From: a virus
Taxonomy: Duplodnaviria > Caudoviricetes
DNA length: 64,000 bases
Strand: one strand, 5' to 3'
Virus record (IMG/VR): IMGVR_UViG_3300014039_000013
Span: 32,001-96,000 of that record
The translations under genes and the position numbers were made by a program. Positions within the stretch are counted from its first letter, which is position 1, and each line of letters begins with the position of its first letter. The notes below the pieces were generated by a model, which was not told the origin of the DNA, searched no databases, and worked only from the letters and a program-made list of their open reading frames with translations. Shown here piece by piece: positions 43,401-51,758 of this stretch.

Positions 43401-45963
43401 TGGACTTAATTTACCTTTTTTACCATACATATGATTTTTACTGCCAAGTTGTGCTTCACCTATTTTCTTTTTGGTTTCTTTAGAATGTTTACCTGTTGAA
43501 TTTCCACCATTTTCTATATTATATCCAATATTATGATCCTGTGTATTAAATTCTAAAATATATTTTGTTTCTAATATATTCATTTCTTCTTGAGTTTCTA
43601 TATTATCTACTAATATTTCAAATTCAAAGTTTTCAAAATCATATTTTTTTATTGCTTTTATAATAGGTCTAGATGTGTCTGGAGATTTAAATTTAGTATC
43701 AGATTTATAATTTCGTATTCTGTCTTTTAATTTCTAAGTTGTTTGTCCAATATAAATTTTATTGTTGATTTTATTAGTAATTTTATAAATTAACATAGTC
43801 TTCACCGTTAGCATTAATAATTAAGTTATCAATGTAAATGTATGAAATTTATGGTCAATATCAAAATTATTAACACACCCTGCATTTACAGGTTCACCTT
43901 ATAATAATCTTATAAATTACTTTATAAGACGGCCAAATTGACCATTCGTACTTGTCATTGAGTTAAGTTGATAAAGTAATGTTTGCATACTATCAACTAT
44001 TTCTTTATTCAGAAACTTGTTTACAAGCTTATTTTTTTCATTTGGAGATAAATCCTTAAATTGCTCTTCGTAATATTCTTTACTACTGCGAACAAATGGT
44101 GCTAAATGAGCTAAAGTAATACTTACTCCCACCAAAATATAATTTGTATCTTATATAATGGCAGACTATTTCTTACAGAAATTTGTATTTTTCTGTGGAC
44201 ACGTTTCCATTAAATTTTAATTTAATGTACTCTCTTTCGAGATAGTCGTTACAATTATATTAATTTATCAATAACTTTAATATTATATTTTTCAGGATTG
44301 TCTATATATCGTCTAGCTTGTGTTTCAGATTTACCTATAAATCTAGCGTAAGCAGCTATAGTTTTAAATATATATTTATTATTATAAATAATTGTCCATC
44401 TATTAGGAGTTCCTATATTTTTCTGTCTTTTTAATTTATTATATGCGTGTAAATTATTATAAGATTGAGAAACCCATTCAAGATTAGAAGCATCATTATT
44501 CTGAACATTTCCATCTTTATGATTTATAGTATTATTAATTTCACTATATCCATCACAAAAATTAAATCCAACTAATCGTGCTACTTGAAGATTTTCTTTT
44601 TTATCATTATTACATAAAGTTACATAAAATCTATTAGATTTTTGATTAGGGCTTAATGTTAATAAATAAAATTTGTTATAACTTATAGCAAAATGTTTAA
44701 CTCTACCTTTATTAGAAATTTCATAACCATCATACCCTAATATGGGTTTCCAGATTTCTCCTTCTATAGGTTCTATATTATAAAGTCTAGAACTTTTTTC
44801 TATCTTATCATTTATAATATTATTATGTTTTTTAGATAACTTTTCTCTATATTCTTCTACAGCACTTATTAAATCATTATCTAATTTATAAGTATACAAT
44901 AACTTAGAATAAGGTATATTAATTTCTTTAGAAATATCTTTTAAAGAAATATTATTTTTTAATCTTGATATTATTAGATTTTTATACTTATTTATAAATT
45001 TCTTGTTAGATGGAGTTATTCTTTTAACTTTTAATTTTTCAAATTCCCAATCTTTTAATTGTAGTCCTAATTTCTTTCTATTTAATTTTAATAAATTACT
45101 GATATATACTGTACTTTTGCCTTCTTTACAGTATAATTGATATATAGTATCTTTTAATTCTAATATTTTGTTATTCATAGCATTCCACTATTTAAAATTA
45201 ATATAATCACGAGATTTAAATATTCCATTTATCCCTCGTTAGCTTTGAAACTTAATTCAAAACCCTTATTAGGTTAGTGTCCTTTTAATACGGCAGATTA
45301 AAATGGGAAACCGTATTGGCTCGAACTTACGGCAACAAGTATTTGAGTTGCAATGGTTGTAGCCGTTCTTAGTGAATGAGGCTTTTCGATGAGTTTGCCA
45401 TTAATAACTGTTCCATTTTGAAGCATATCTTCTAAGTTAATTAATGAGCAGTTGCTCATTCCATGCATAAATCTATAATCTGTATCATGAATATGGATTG
45501 CACCTTTTTCATGTAATTTAAGTAGTTCTTTGTTACACTCTAATTCTTTATATAGCTTCTTGCAAACTTCTCCAGCTACTAAATCGCGCATTACATTAAA
45601 TTGTTTAGGATTTTTATTTCCATTTTCATTAGTAACCTTGTTAGTTTTTCCAGAAACTATTTCTTCAATAGTAGTATTAAACTTATTAGAATCAGCTATA
45701 TTCCTAGCAAGTTTATGCTTATATCTATAAAGAATATACTCTTTTGCTACTTGTTGATAATCATAATTCATAAGTAGCTCTTCTATCTGATCTTGTATTT
45801 CTTCAATACTCATCTTATCCCAAATATAAACAGAATTATATATATCTTCTATAACAGTGCTATTAATATCTATTTTACACTGTTTAAAAGCTCTATACAA
45901 AGCTGTTTTGATTCTATTGGGATCAAATTCCTGTAAATTACCTTTTCTATCTGTAACTTTCAT
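37491..45963 (-). CDS. nrdD: Class III anaerobic ribonucleotide reductase NrdD in eight exons (703 aa after splicing)
   Basis: Exons 45963-45310, 44129-43941, 42810-42664, 41766-41602, 41354-41294, 40471-39888, 38883-38646 and 37564-37491 total 2112 nt in frame. Splicing restores ATP-cone, IHIHD, QYG|G, NG|QSPF, FP|KL, MG|CR, GRLNIGV, SGG|CISY, CxxC..CPxC and RLCGYIG. Confidence 0.92.
37565..38645 (-). mobile_element. Group I intron 7 of nrdD, splitting the Tyr codon after the glycyl-radical Gly
   Basis: P1 GGGU/GCCC; P10 AAUAU/AUAUU; core GCUGGAAACUCC, ACGACUA, GUAUAGUC; terminal G at 37565. Confidence 0.85.
37568..38345 (-). CDS. Intron HNH-AP2 endonuclease, N-terminus frameshifted in an A7 run
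   Basis: IDHINGNSLDNRKSNLR plus AP2-like SGFRGV..KW. The likely start MRKTTKFCDICG..LCKK|HMHQ at 38345 matches paralog 38877-39641 but is one base out of frame. Confidence 0.75.
38877..39641 (-). CDS. Intron HNH-AP2 homing endonuclease
   Basis: VVDHIDSNPLNNCRSNLR, SNYIGV..QWAAEI; N-terminal CxxC..CxxH. Confidence 0.85.
   Translation of the reverse strand: MSHTIKIGTCSICNRKNTKVYTLKGYKDVCSKHMHQIHKYGKPLDNNPRTTNDFNDYIIKNDIAIFNVYNQRNEKVTEFIIDKSDIDLIKYKKWRLSSKGYIVTGNCTKTNPTTWLHRILLNPKDDEVVDHIDSNPLNNCRSNLRICKQFENVCNKTFMSNNTSNYIGVYLDKSRNQWAAEIRFGKSRIHLCRWYTIEEAVCARYIAEKILFKEFQNTSEQKKKEKIIKNKIKKSQFLSIKEYVVNKLKSKNCV
38884..39887 (-). mobile_element. Group I intron 6 of nrdD
   Basis: P1 GGAGGU/GCUUCC; P10 AUACA/UGUAU; GAAGAUAUAGUC at about 39661-39672; terminal G at 38884. 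Confidence 0.85.
40472..41293 (-). mobile_element. Group I intron 5 of nrdD
   Basis: P1 GACGGU/GCCGUC; P10 GUUUA/UAAAC; terminal G at 40472. Confidence 0.87.
40498..41154 (-). CDS. Intron HNH endonuclease using TAG=Gln (218 aa; the track shows only 40558-41040)
   Basis: MNTIIINEQEFK(TAG 41116-41118)FRDTWYYVNKLGDVYS..HRIIAE..VNHINDNSLDNRVENL; second TAG at 40558-40560, then TAA at 40498-40500. Confidence 0.75.
41355..41601 (-). mobile_element. Group I intron 4 of nrdD, 247 nt, no ORF, at MG|CR
   Basis: P1 CAUGGGU/GCCCAUG; UCGACUA and AUAUAGUC core; terminal G at 41355. Confidence 0.87.
41767..42663 (-). mobile_element. Group I intron 3 of nrdD
   Basis: P1 CUUCCCU/GGGGAAG; GAAGAGAUAGUC; terminal G at 41767. 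Confidence 0.87.
41876..42487 (-). CDS. Intron NUMOD4-HNH-NUMOD1 endonuclease, probably inactive
   Basis: YAVSKSGKIKS, VHRLVAFAFIPNP, INRKDSNPLNN..NLEW (expected catalytic His replaced by Arg), SAYGYIWKY. Confidence 0.82.
   Translation of the reverse strand: MEEKFKVLTGITENYAVSKSGKIKSLSRLVYDTGHDRYYKIKEKILKSYINNKGYECVDLRINNKTRKFLVHRLVAFAFIPNPNNYEVINRKDSNPLNNDVKNLEWCTTSYNIQYEWSFNDRKVSDNMMAQFKKPKLHLWKAIQQYDLSNKFLQEFKSMTEATKWLITKDLTSNPKANSNISACCNGKAKSAYGYIWKYKEEV
42811..43940 (-). mobile_element. Group I intron 2 of nrdD
   Basis: P1 AUGGU/GCCGU; core nearly identical to intron 3; terminal G at 42811. Confidence 0.85.
43007..43796 (-). pseudogene. Intron GIY-YIG endonuclease with a TAG at codon 21 and C-terminal frameshifts
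   Basis: MLIYKITNKINNKIYIGQTT(TAG 43734-43736)KLKDR..AIKKYDFENF..GYNIENGG, NUMOD3-like HSKETKKKI; apparent frameshifts near 43250 and 43085. The end coordinate is approximate. Confidence 0.7.
44130..45309 (-). mobile_element. Group I intron 1 of nrdD
   Basis: P1 AAUACGGU/GCCGUAUU; ACGACUA and AAAUAGUC; terminal G at 44130. Confidence 0.85.
44255..45178 (-). CDS. Intron HTH-NUMOD4-HNH endonuclease
   Basis: EIWKPILGYDGYEISNKGRVK, TINHKDGNVQNNDASNLEWVSQSYNNLH. Confidence 0.85.
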   Translation of the reverse strand: MNNKILELKDTIYQLYCKEGKSTVYISNLLKLNRKKLGLQLKDWEFEKLKVKRITPSNKKFINKYKNLIISRLKNNISLKDISKEINIPYSKLLYTYKLDNDLISAVEEYREKLSKKHNNIINDKIEKSSRLYNIEPIEGEIWKPILGYDGYEISNKGRVKHFAISYNKFYLLTLSPNQKSNRFYVTLCNNDKKENLQVARLVGFNFCDGYSEINNTINHKDGNVQNNDASNLEWVSQSYNNLHAYNKLKRQKNIGTPNRWTIIYNNKYIFKTIAAYARFIGKSETQARRYIDNPEKYNIKVIDKLI

Positions 45964-45972
45964 AATGTATAA

Positions 45973-46015
45973 AATATCCCAGACTATAAAATATATATTT
46001 ATAATCTGGGATATT
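45973..46015 (-). promoter_or_regulatory. Long hairpin immediately upstream of the nrdD start
   Basis: AATATCCCAGA-TATAAA..TTTATA-TCTGGGATATT inverted repeat; could be a terminator or a translational operator. Confidence 0.55.
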
Positions 46016-46024
46016 CAATATAAA

Positions 46025-46801
46025 TTAAAGTGATAATATTTTCTTTAAGAGCATTGTTTTTTCAAACTGATTCATAATATCCTTTTTTAATGAATCAGTA
46101 ATACATTGAGTAAAAGCATTATACACATTAAACATATTAGTATCTTTCTCTCCTACATAATATGGAGATTTTTCATTAGAATACAATAGTTTATATGCAG
46201 ATTCTGCTACTGATGAAGCTAATTTAATTTTTCCAAATCCATTATCTTCATATTCAACCATACAACGTTTAATCCAATTACCCAATTGTTCAGATGTATT
46301 TCTATAATCAGAATCAAATGGAGTATCAAGCATTTGTTTTAATGTAACTGCAATGCTGTTAACTTCTTCCAACATTCTATTTACTGGTTTAAAATTCATT
46401 GGTGAATTTGATTCTAACTCCTTAACTTCTAAATCATCAGGATTAAATACACAAAGATTAGTACAAGCCATATTTAATCCACCAGTATAAATTTTATAAA
46501 TTGGTTTTCTAACATCCAATCCATATACTAAACCAATAACTTGTTTATGATTTTTAAAATTTAATTCATTAGGTAAAACTGCTTGAATCCATACTCTATT
46601 ATAAGTTATATCTTCAGTAGTAATTTTTCCATCAGAATCAAGGGTTACTTGATTTGGAAGTTGAACCTGAACCCTAAAATCATCAGTTATATTATGAAGT
46701 CTTTCTAGAAATGGATTAATATATGCTTCTGTTGGTAAATATTCATTATTTTTAATTCGCGTTGCTTTTCCTTTTAAAAGTTCATTTATAGTAATTTCCA
46801 T
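46025..46801 (-). CDS. DUF932-like conserved phage protein
   Basis: ACTNL..FNVYNAFTQ pattern. Confidence 0.65.
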   Translation of the reverse strand: MEITINELLKGKATRIKNNEYLPTEAYINPFLERLHNITDDFRVQVQLPNQVTLDSDGKITTEDITYNRVWIQAVLPNELNFKNHKQVIGLVYGLDVRKPIYKIYTGGLNMACTNLCVFNPDDLEVKELESNSPMNFKPVNRMLEEVNSIAVTLKQMLDTPFDSDYRNTSEQLGNWIKRCMVEYEDNGFGKIKLASSVAESAYKLLYSNEKSPYYVGEKDTNMFNVYNAFTQCITDSLKKDIMNQFEKTMLLKKILSL

Positions 46802-46818
46802 ATTATATTATTTAATTA

Positions 46819-48360
46819 TTACATATTTTGAAATTCACCTCTAGTAATATGATTATTAATCATTAGGTCATAACTAACTCCATAAGAATTAGCTGAAAAA
46901 TTCATTGCAGAATAATCACTTGCTCCGAATAAACTCAATGTATTTCTATAATCAAATCGTTTACAAGAAGTGTAACTATTAGAATGTAAGTCTCCTTTAA
47001 TAACATGAACAGGACAATTATGTATATTTATTTGTTCTAGGAATTCATACATTTGTACTTGTGTTTTATCATTAAGCACAAGAGGCAAACCTCTTTTCAT
47101 GTATTGATCGTCCTTACCATGACAAATTAGAAATTTATGAGAATTTAATTCAAATATACCAAAAAATTCTTCAAATAGAGTTGTTGTAATATCAGGGAAT
47201 TTATTATTAATTAAATTCATTATAGCTTTGTTACAAATATATTCATAATTTCCAGAATGATTTCCACATGGTACAGAATATAAATTAATTTTATTAGATA
47301 AATTCATACTTATACAACTTGTAACAAACCAATCTATAAGTTCAATATATTTATTTGCTTGTTCTCTTGCATCCATGTTTTCTGGAATATAATGATCAAG
47401 TCTAGCTGTCTTATTAATAATACCGCAACAATCAATATTATCTCCAAGTAAAATAATATTTAATGTATCAAAAGCCCCAAATTCATAAAGACCATCGATA
47501 ACTTTAGTAAGTCTACGTTTAGCTTCTTCAAATCCATAATTAATATTTTCTACAGCAAGAGTACCTGAAGTTACTGATGCTCCTAAATGAATATCGGCTA
47601 AATATACATTTATAGACTGACCGTATTCTTTATTGTCATTATCAATGATATATGGTTTAATATTTCCATTAATTTCAACTTTAAAATTAGAATAATCTTT
47701 TAATTTCTGTTTTAATTCAATGTTTTCTTGGGCATATTTTCTAAGAAGTTTTTCATTATTTTTAATAATGTCTTCCTCTGATTTGCGTAAGAAGTCATTT
47801 TCTTTTTCTCTAAGTTGAATTTCACGTAATTCATCTTCTGTTTTTTCCTCTATCATATGTGGAGGAAATGGACTCGAAGCTTTAGTAATATTAAACGCCC
47901 TAAGTATTCTTTTAAAATCAATTAAAGAATAATCTGGGAAAAATCTACTAACTTGTCTTTGCGTTAATGATGCACCATAATATGAATACATTCTATATAT
48001 AGAAGACATTTCTTCTCTAGTTATACTTCCTGTAAGTGCTGGTTTATTCTTTTTAAATATTTTAAAAGAATAAAGTTTTATTTTACCACTGTCATCTCTT
48101 ATTTGTTTAACTTCTGATATATCATCTGTATCTAATTTTTCTTCAGAACAATTGTTTTGTGTTTTTAAATTATTGTAAAGATCTAATGCTTGCTTGTGAT
48201 ATTCCAAACTTGAATCTTTATTAAGATCACTTTTAATCTTAGAAATATATTTAAATGGTTTAGTAGTATTGTGTTCTTTACAATATTTACTAATAGAAAT
48301 ATTATCTTTTTTAATTTGTTCTAGAAGATTAATAAAATTTTTGACAGTAGTTTCTTTCAT
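46819..48360 (-). CDS. Metallophosphoesterase-domain protein with a long N-terminal extension
   Basis: ADIHLG, LGDNID, CGNH, CHGKD, GDLH motifs. Confidence 0.8.
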   Translation of the reverse strand: MKETTVKNFINLLEQIKKDNISISKYCKEHNTTKPFKYISKIKSDLNKDSSLEYHKQALDLYNNLKTQNNCSEEKLDTDDISEVKQIRDDSGKIKLYSFKIFKKNKPALTGSITREEMSSIYRMYSYYGASLTQRQVSRFFPDYSLIDFKRILRAFNITKASSPFPPHMIEEKTEDELREIQLREKENDFLRKSEEDIIKNNEKLLRKYAQENIELKQKLKDYSNFKVEINGNIKPYIIDNDNKEYGQSINVYLADIHLGASVTSGTLAVENINYGFEEAKRRLTKVIDGLYEFGAFDTLNIILLGDNIDCCGIINKTARLDHYIPENMDAREQANKYIELIDWFVTSCISMNLSNKINLYSVPCGNHSGNYEYICNKAIMNLINNKFPDITTTLFEEFFGIFELNSHKFLICHGKDDQYMKRGLPLVLNDKTQVQMYEFLEQINIHNCPVHVIKGDLHSNSYTSCKRFDYRNTLSLFGASDYSAMNFSANSYGVSYDLMINNHITRGEFQNM

Positions 48361-48394
48361 TTTTCAATGTTTATTACAGTTACGTTTTTAAAAT

Positions 48395-48428
48395 AAAAAA
48401 GCTGAGCCAGTTAAAAACCGACTCAGCT
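48395..48428 (-). terminator. Intrinsic terminator
   Basis: Minus strand AGCUGAGUCGGUU/AACUGGCUCAGCU stem followed by a U tract. Confidence 0.8.
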
Positions 48429-48458
48429 CATTAGAAATATATTATATTATAAGTACGA

Positions 48459-49028
48459 TTATGCTTCTACACCAAACATGATAAAGCGACCAATCTTGAA
48501 ATTCTTAGATGGAGCATATTTAACATTGAATGCAACAGTAGTACCTTCAATAATCTTCTTAGCTCTAATACAAGTTGTATCTTCTGTAACCTTCTTAGAA
48601 GAATACAAGTCACGTGCAAGTTTCTTGATTTCTGATTGTGTTTCAGCTTCTGCAAGAACATTGCCATCAGCAGTCTTCAACTGATAAACACTCTTCCATT
48701 TACGACGACCATTAGCATCCTTAGCAGGTTCAAACTTATACGGACGCTCGCGAGTATCAGCAGACGCAGATTCAACAGTAATCGCAAGACCCAAACCAGG
48801 AGCCATCTTGGTTTTTGATTTCAATTGATCAATCAAGAAATCTTTAATCATTACTTCAGTGATAGCAGTTTTTTGATTAGCTACCCAAGCCTTATATGCA
48901 TGAGTTGCATCGCCAAAAATCTTAAACGGAGCTTTATCATAAGCTTCTTGCTTAGTTGAACCTGTTACCTCGAATTTCTTAAAATTTACAAAATTTTCCA
49001 TTTTTTTTATTTTTAATTTATTAAACAT
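48459..49028 (-). CDS. Conserved-looking hypothetical protein (start probably MENF at 49001)
   Basis: ADTRERPYK motif; followed by a terminator. Confidence 0.75.
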   Translation of the reverse strand: MFNKLKIKKMENFVNFKKFEVTGSTKQEAYDKAPFKIFGDATHAYKAWVANQKTAITEVMIKDFLIDQLKSKTKMAPGLGLAITVESASADTRERPYKFEPAKDANGRRKWKSVYQLKTADGNVLAEAETQSEIKKLARDLYSSKKVTEDTTCIRAKKIIEGTTVAFNVKYAPSKNFKIGRFIMFGVEA

Positions 49029-49111
49029 TTATTCATTAACTTACTTATGTAAGTCATCATTTTTTAAGTAATATCTAATTTATATTCCAATTTTAATATA
49101 AACAAATCTTA

Positions 49112-49465
49112 TTAAAAAGGCATATATGATTTTAAAATATCATATATTGTTTTTAACATATTTTTTGGTTCAATATCAAATGTTGGAAATTCTTTACATT
49201 GATAACTAAAATCATCACAAACTACAGAAAGACCCTTAATAAAATCTTCTGGTAAATTAAGTTTCTCATTTAGTTTATGTAAAATAGAATATGCTGTTAC
49301 TCCTGGCTTTTTCTGCTTTAAATTATATGTAAGATAACCAACCAAAGATATTAAAGCAAATTTAGTTTTAATATCTGTATTTAAATATCCTAATGAATAT
49401 TTATTAGCATATTCCTGCCGCATTTGACTATAAGGCGGCGAAGTTTCTATATCTGGTCGCAACAT
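49112..49465 (-). CDS. Hypothetical protein
   Basis: 117-aa ORF. Confidence 0.7.
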   Translation of the reverse strand: MLRPDIETSPPYSQMRQEYANKYSLGYLNTDIKTKFALISLVGYLTYNLKQKKPGVTAYSILHKLNEKLNLPEDFIKGLSVVCDDFSYQCKEFPTFDIEPKNMLKTIYDILKSYMPF

Positions 49466-50453
49466 AATATGCTACTAATTTTAGTAATTGTGAAAATTCT
49501 TTGAATCCTTGTAAATACATTTTTTTAGTCATCGGTACTACTTTCGTATAATAATTTGGAATTGTACTTACAACTAAAAAATTACCTTTTATTTTTGGAT
49601 TATCCAAATTAAAGAATTTTTTTGCACACAAACTCAATAAATAAGCATACATTCCAAGTTCACGTTGATAATGATAACGATCAATTGCTTCATGAAATTC
49701 ATTAACCATTTTACCTGTTGTTTTGACATCATTTACAATAATAGTATTATTTTCAAAATCAATAGTAAATTGGTCTAATTTACTTTTTAATTTTAAAATA
49801 AAATGTTCATTATTATAATTAACATTTACATCAAGTAAAATAGTACGTTCGTAGCCATTTTCTGGTTGTTGTAATAGCCCACTAGGATGAAGTAATTTTT
49901 GTATCTGAGAACTTCTAGAAACACTCTCTAAACATGAATTTACACAATTCCTATGTCGTTCAGATAAATAAATTGGAATCTTATTTAAATGAAATTTTTC
50001 TTCAAAATCAGCTCTGTTTTTCCAATAATTATTACATTTTAATTTAATATCTGAAATTTTCTTATCAGATAAAAAACCACCATAATAATCGTATTTTATA
50101 GCAGCACTAATTATTTGTTCATTACTAGGAGTTTTTCTAGTATTTGTGTATAATTCATCTGCTATATAACCCATTTTTGCTGTAGGTCTATCAACACAAT
50201 CTACCATAAAAAATGATTCTGGTTGTAATATTAATTCATGAACAGCACTACCTACTATTAAAGAATCACTAAAAGCGTTAAACTTTCCTTCAAAAAACTG
50301 TTCTGGAGTACCACCCTGTTTTGGATTTATTAATCCTAATCTAGAGTTTGATATATAATTAGAAAAACGCTTAGAAAAATATATTTCATCAGATATATTT
50401 TCTAAGCGTAAACTTTCTATTATTGGTTCGATTTGTATTTCATTTAAATTCAA
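49428..50453 (-). CDS. PD-(D/E)xK exonuclease (RecE/ExoVIII-like)
   Basis: ISNSRL, GSAVHELIL, KSKLD..NDVKTT, YQRELGMY. Confidence 0.82.
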   Translation of the reverse strand: MNLNEIQIEPIIESLRLENISDEIYFSKRFSNYISNSRLGLINPKQGGTPEQFFEGKFNAFSDSLIVGSAVHELILQPESFFMVDCVDRPTAKMGYIADELYTNTRKTPSNEQIISAAIKYDYYGGFLSDKKISDIKLKCNNYWKNRADFEEKFHLNKIPIYLSERHRNCVNSCLESVSRSSQIQKLLHPSGLLQQPENGYERTILLDVNVNYNNEHFILKLKSKLDQFTIDFENNTIIVNDVKTTGKMVNEFHEAIDRYHYQRELGMYAYLLSLCAKKFFNLDNPKIKGNFLVVSTIPNYYTKVVPMTKKMYLQGFKEFSQLLKLVAYYVATRYRNFAAL

Positions 50454-50489
50454 ATTATAGAATTTTAACTATATTTTTTACATATATAC

Positions 50490-50800
50490 AGCAACTCCTC
50501 TACCAGCCCCTAGTAGAGTAACTACAGAGAAGCTGGCACAGAGCCTCACACCCTTCTTAGGTGTCATATTGTATATATATTATACTATAATAATATACTC
50601 AGAGGCCACCGAGACTAACCCAATTAAGCGTCTACCAGAACGAACGTGGGATTTATAATTTAGGCTGGACCATGTTGCGGAGTTGTCAGACAGAGCATGG
50701 ATTTGTTCACGTTAGTTAGTCTTAGGTAAGCGGACTTAATGCCGCACGTTTCTAATATTTATTATGTCCTAGAAATGATCCGCAAAGAAGGACTAAGTAC
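50490..50800 (-). ncRNA. Candidate structured non-coding element (ncRNA or origin)
   Basis: GC-enriched intergenic stretch with no track ORF and several nested stems (see findings). Strand inferred from G-U pairs; no family recognised. Confidence 0.45.
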
Positions 50801-50822
50801 AATTAAATATATATTTTTATTT

Positions 50823-51341
50823 TTAACACCAAAATGATTTTAATAAATTATTAAAATCATTTTTAATAAATTCTTCATAAATAGGTATTATTTCATTTAT
50901 TTTTAAAGAATGAATTCTCCCTATATTTTTCCACGATTTATTATTATTAGAATCCATAAGTAAACATGGTATTCCTTTTTGATTTAAATCAATAAAATTC
51001 TTTAAAGAGTCATCAATAAACAAATCCACTTTACCTTTTAATAAATCATATTTAGAAATATGATAACCATTTACTTGATAAAGTGGACTATTTAATCCAT
51101 ATTTTTTTAAATATGCTTTTGTCCAATTTTTAGAATTTACTCTAGCACTACAAAATAACCTTGGTATAAAGTCTGGCATATTAAGTAATGGTAAATTTAG
51201 CCAAAAATCACGTTCATGTATTAAAATGTTGTTTACATTTCTAGTAATCGCCCAATCATATTTAGGAAATTTACCAAAACGTTTAATATATCCTGAATCC
51301 CAATCTGCAATAACATTATCAATATCTAAACCAATTCTCAC
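50823..51341 (-). CDS. HAD-family 5'(3')-deoxyribonucleotidase-like protein
   Basis: IGLDIDNVIAD, CSAR, FIDDS motifs. Confidence 0.82.
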   Translation of the reverse strand: MRIGLDIDNVIADWDSGYIKRFGKFPKYDWAITRNVNNILIHERDFWLNLPLLNMPDFIPRLFCSARVNSKNWTKAYLKKYGLNSPLYQVNGYHISKYDLLKGKVDLFIDDSLKNFIDLNQKGIPCLLMDSNNNKSWKNIGRIHSLKINEIIPIYEEFIKNDFNNLLKSFWC

Positions 51342-51553
51342 AACTCATTGACATTAAAAATTTCACTTAAAGATATTCCGCAAATTTCATATATTAAATA
51401 TATAAATTCAATATATGAATTATAATGCATATTTGGGATATGTGTACTATAAATATATTCTACTTTTTTTTGAGCGTCTTCTATAGAATTTGCAATAATT
51501 ACTTCTGGATATGTACAACCTTTAATACAAACACTATATATATATTTATTCAT
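51338..51553 (-). CDS. Hypothetical protein
   Basis: 71-aa coupled ORF. Confidence 0.6.
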   Translation of the reverse strand: MNKYIYSVCIKGCTYPEVIIANSIEDAQKKVEYIYSTHIPNMHYNSYIEFIYLIYEICGISLSEIFNVNEL

Positions 51554-51758
51554 AAAGATTTGTTGTTATATAAAATATAAAATTTAATCCTTCAAGAGTG
51601 TCTATTAAATCTTCTTTACTTAAATTTAATTCAGAAATTAAAGGTAGATATTTATTTATAAATTTTTGAATCGCATCTTGTTCATTTGTTACATTCGTAA
51701 TTCTATAAATTTTGCATTTATCTTCAGAATTACTTAGTACTATATAGTAAGTATTCAT
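51546..51758 (-). CDS. Hypothetical protein
   Basis: 70-aa coupled ORF. Confidence 0.6.
   Translation of the reverse strand: MNTYYIVLSNSEDKCKIYRITNVTNEQDAIQKFINKYLPLISELNLSKEDLIDTLEGLNFIFYITTNLYE

Noticed and set aside
39731-43900. Repeats in the nrdD region as a CRISPR array or diversity-generating retroelement TR/VR pair
   Set aside because: They are group I intron core segments about 1 kb apart; there is no regular spacer pattern, cas gene or reverse transcriptase.
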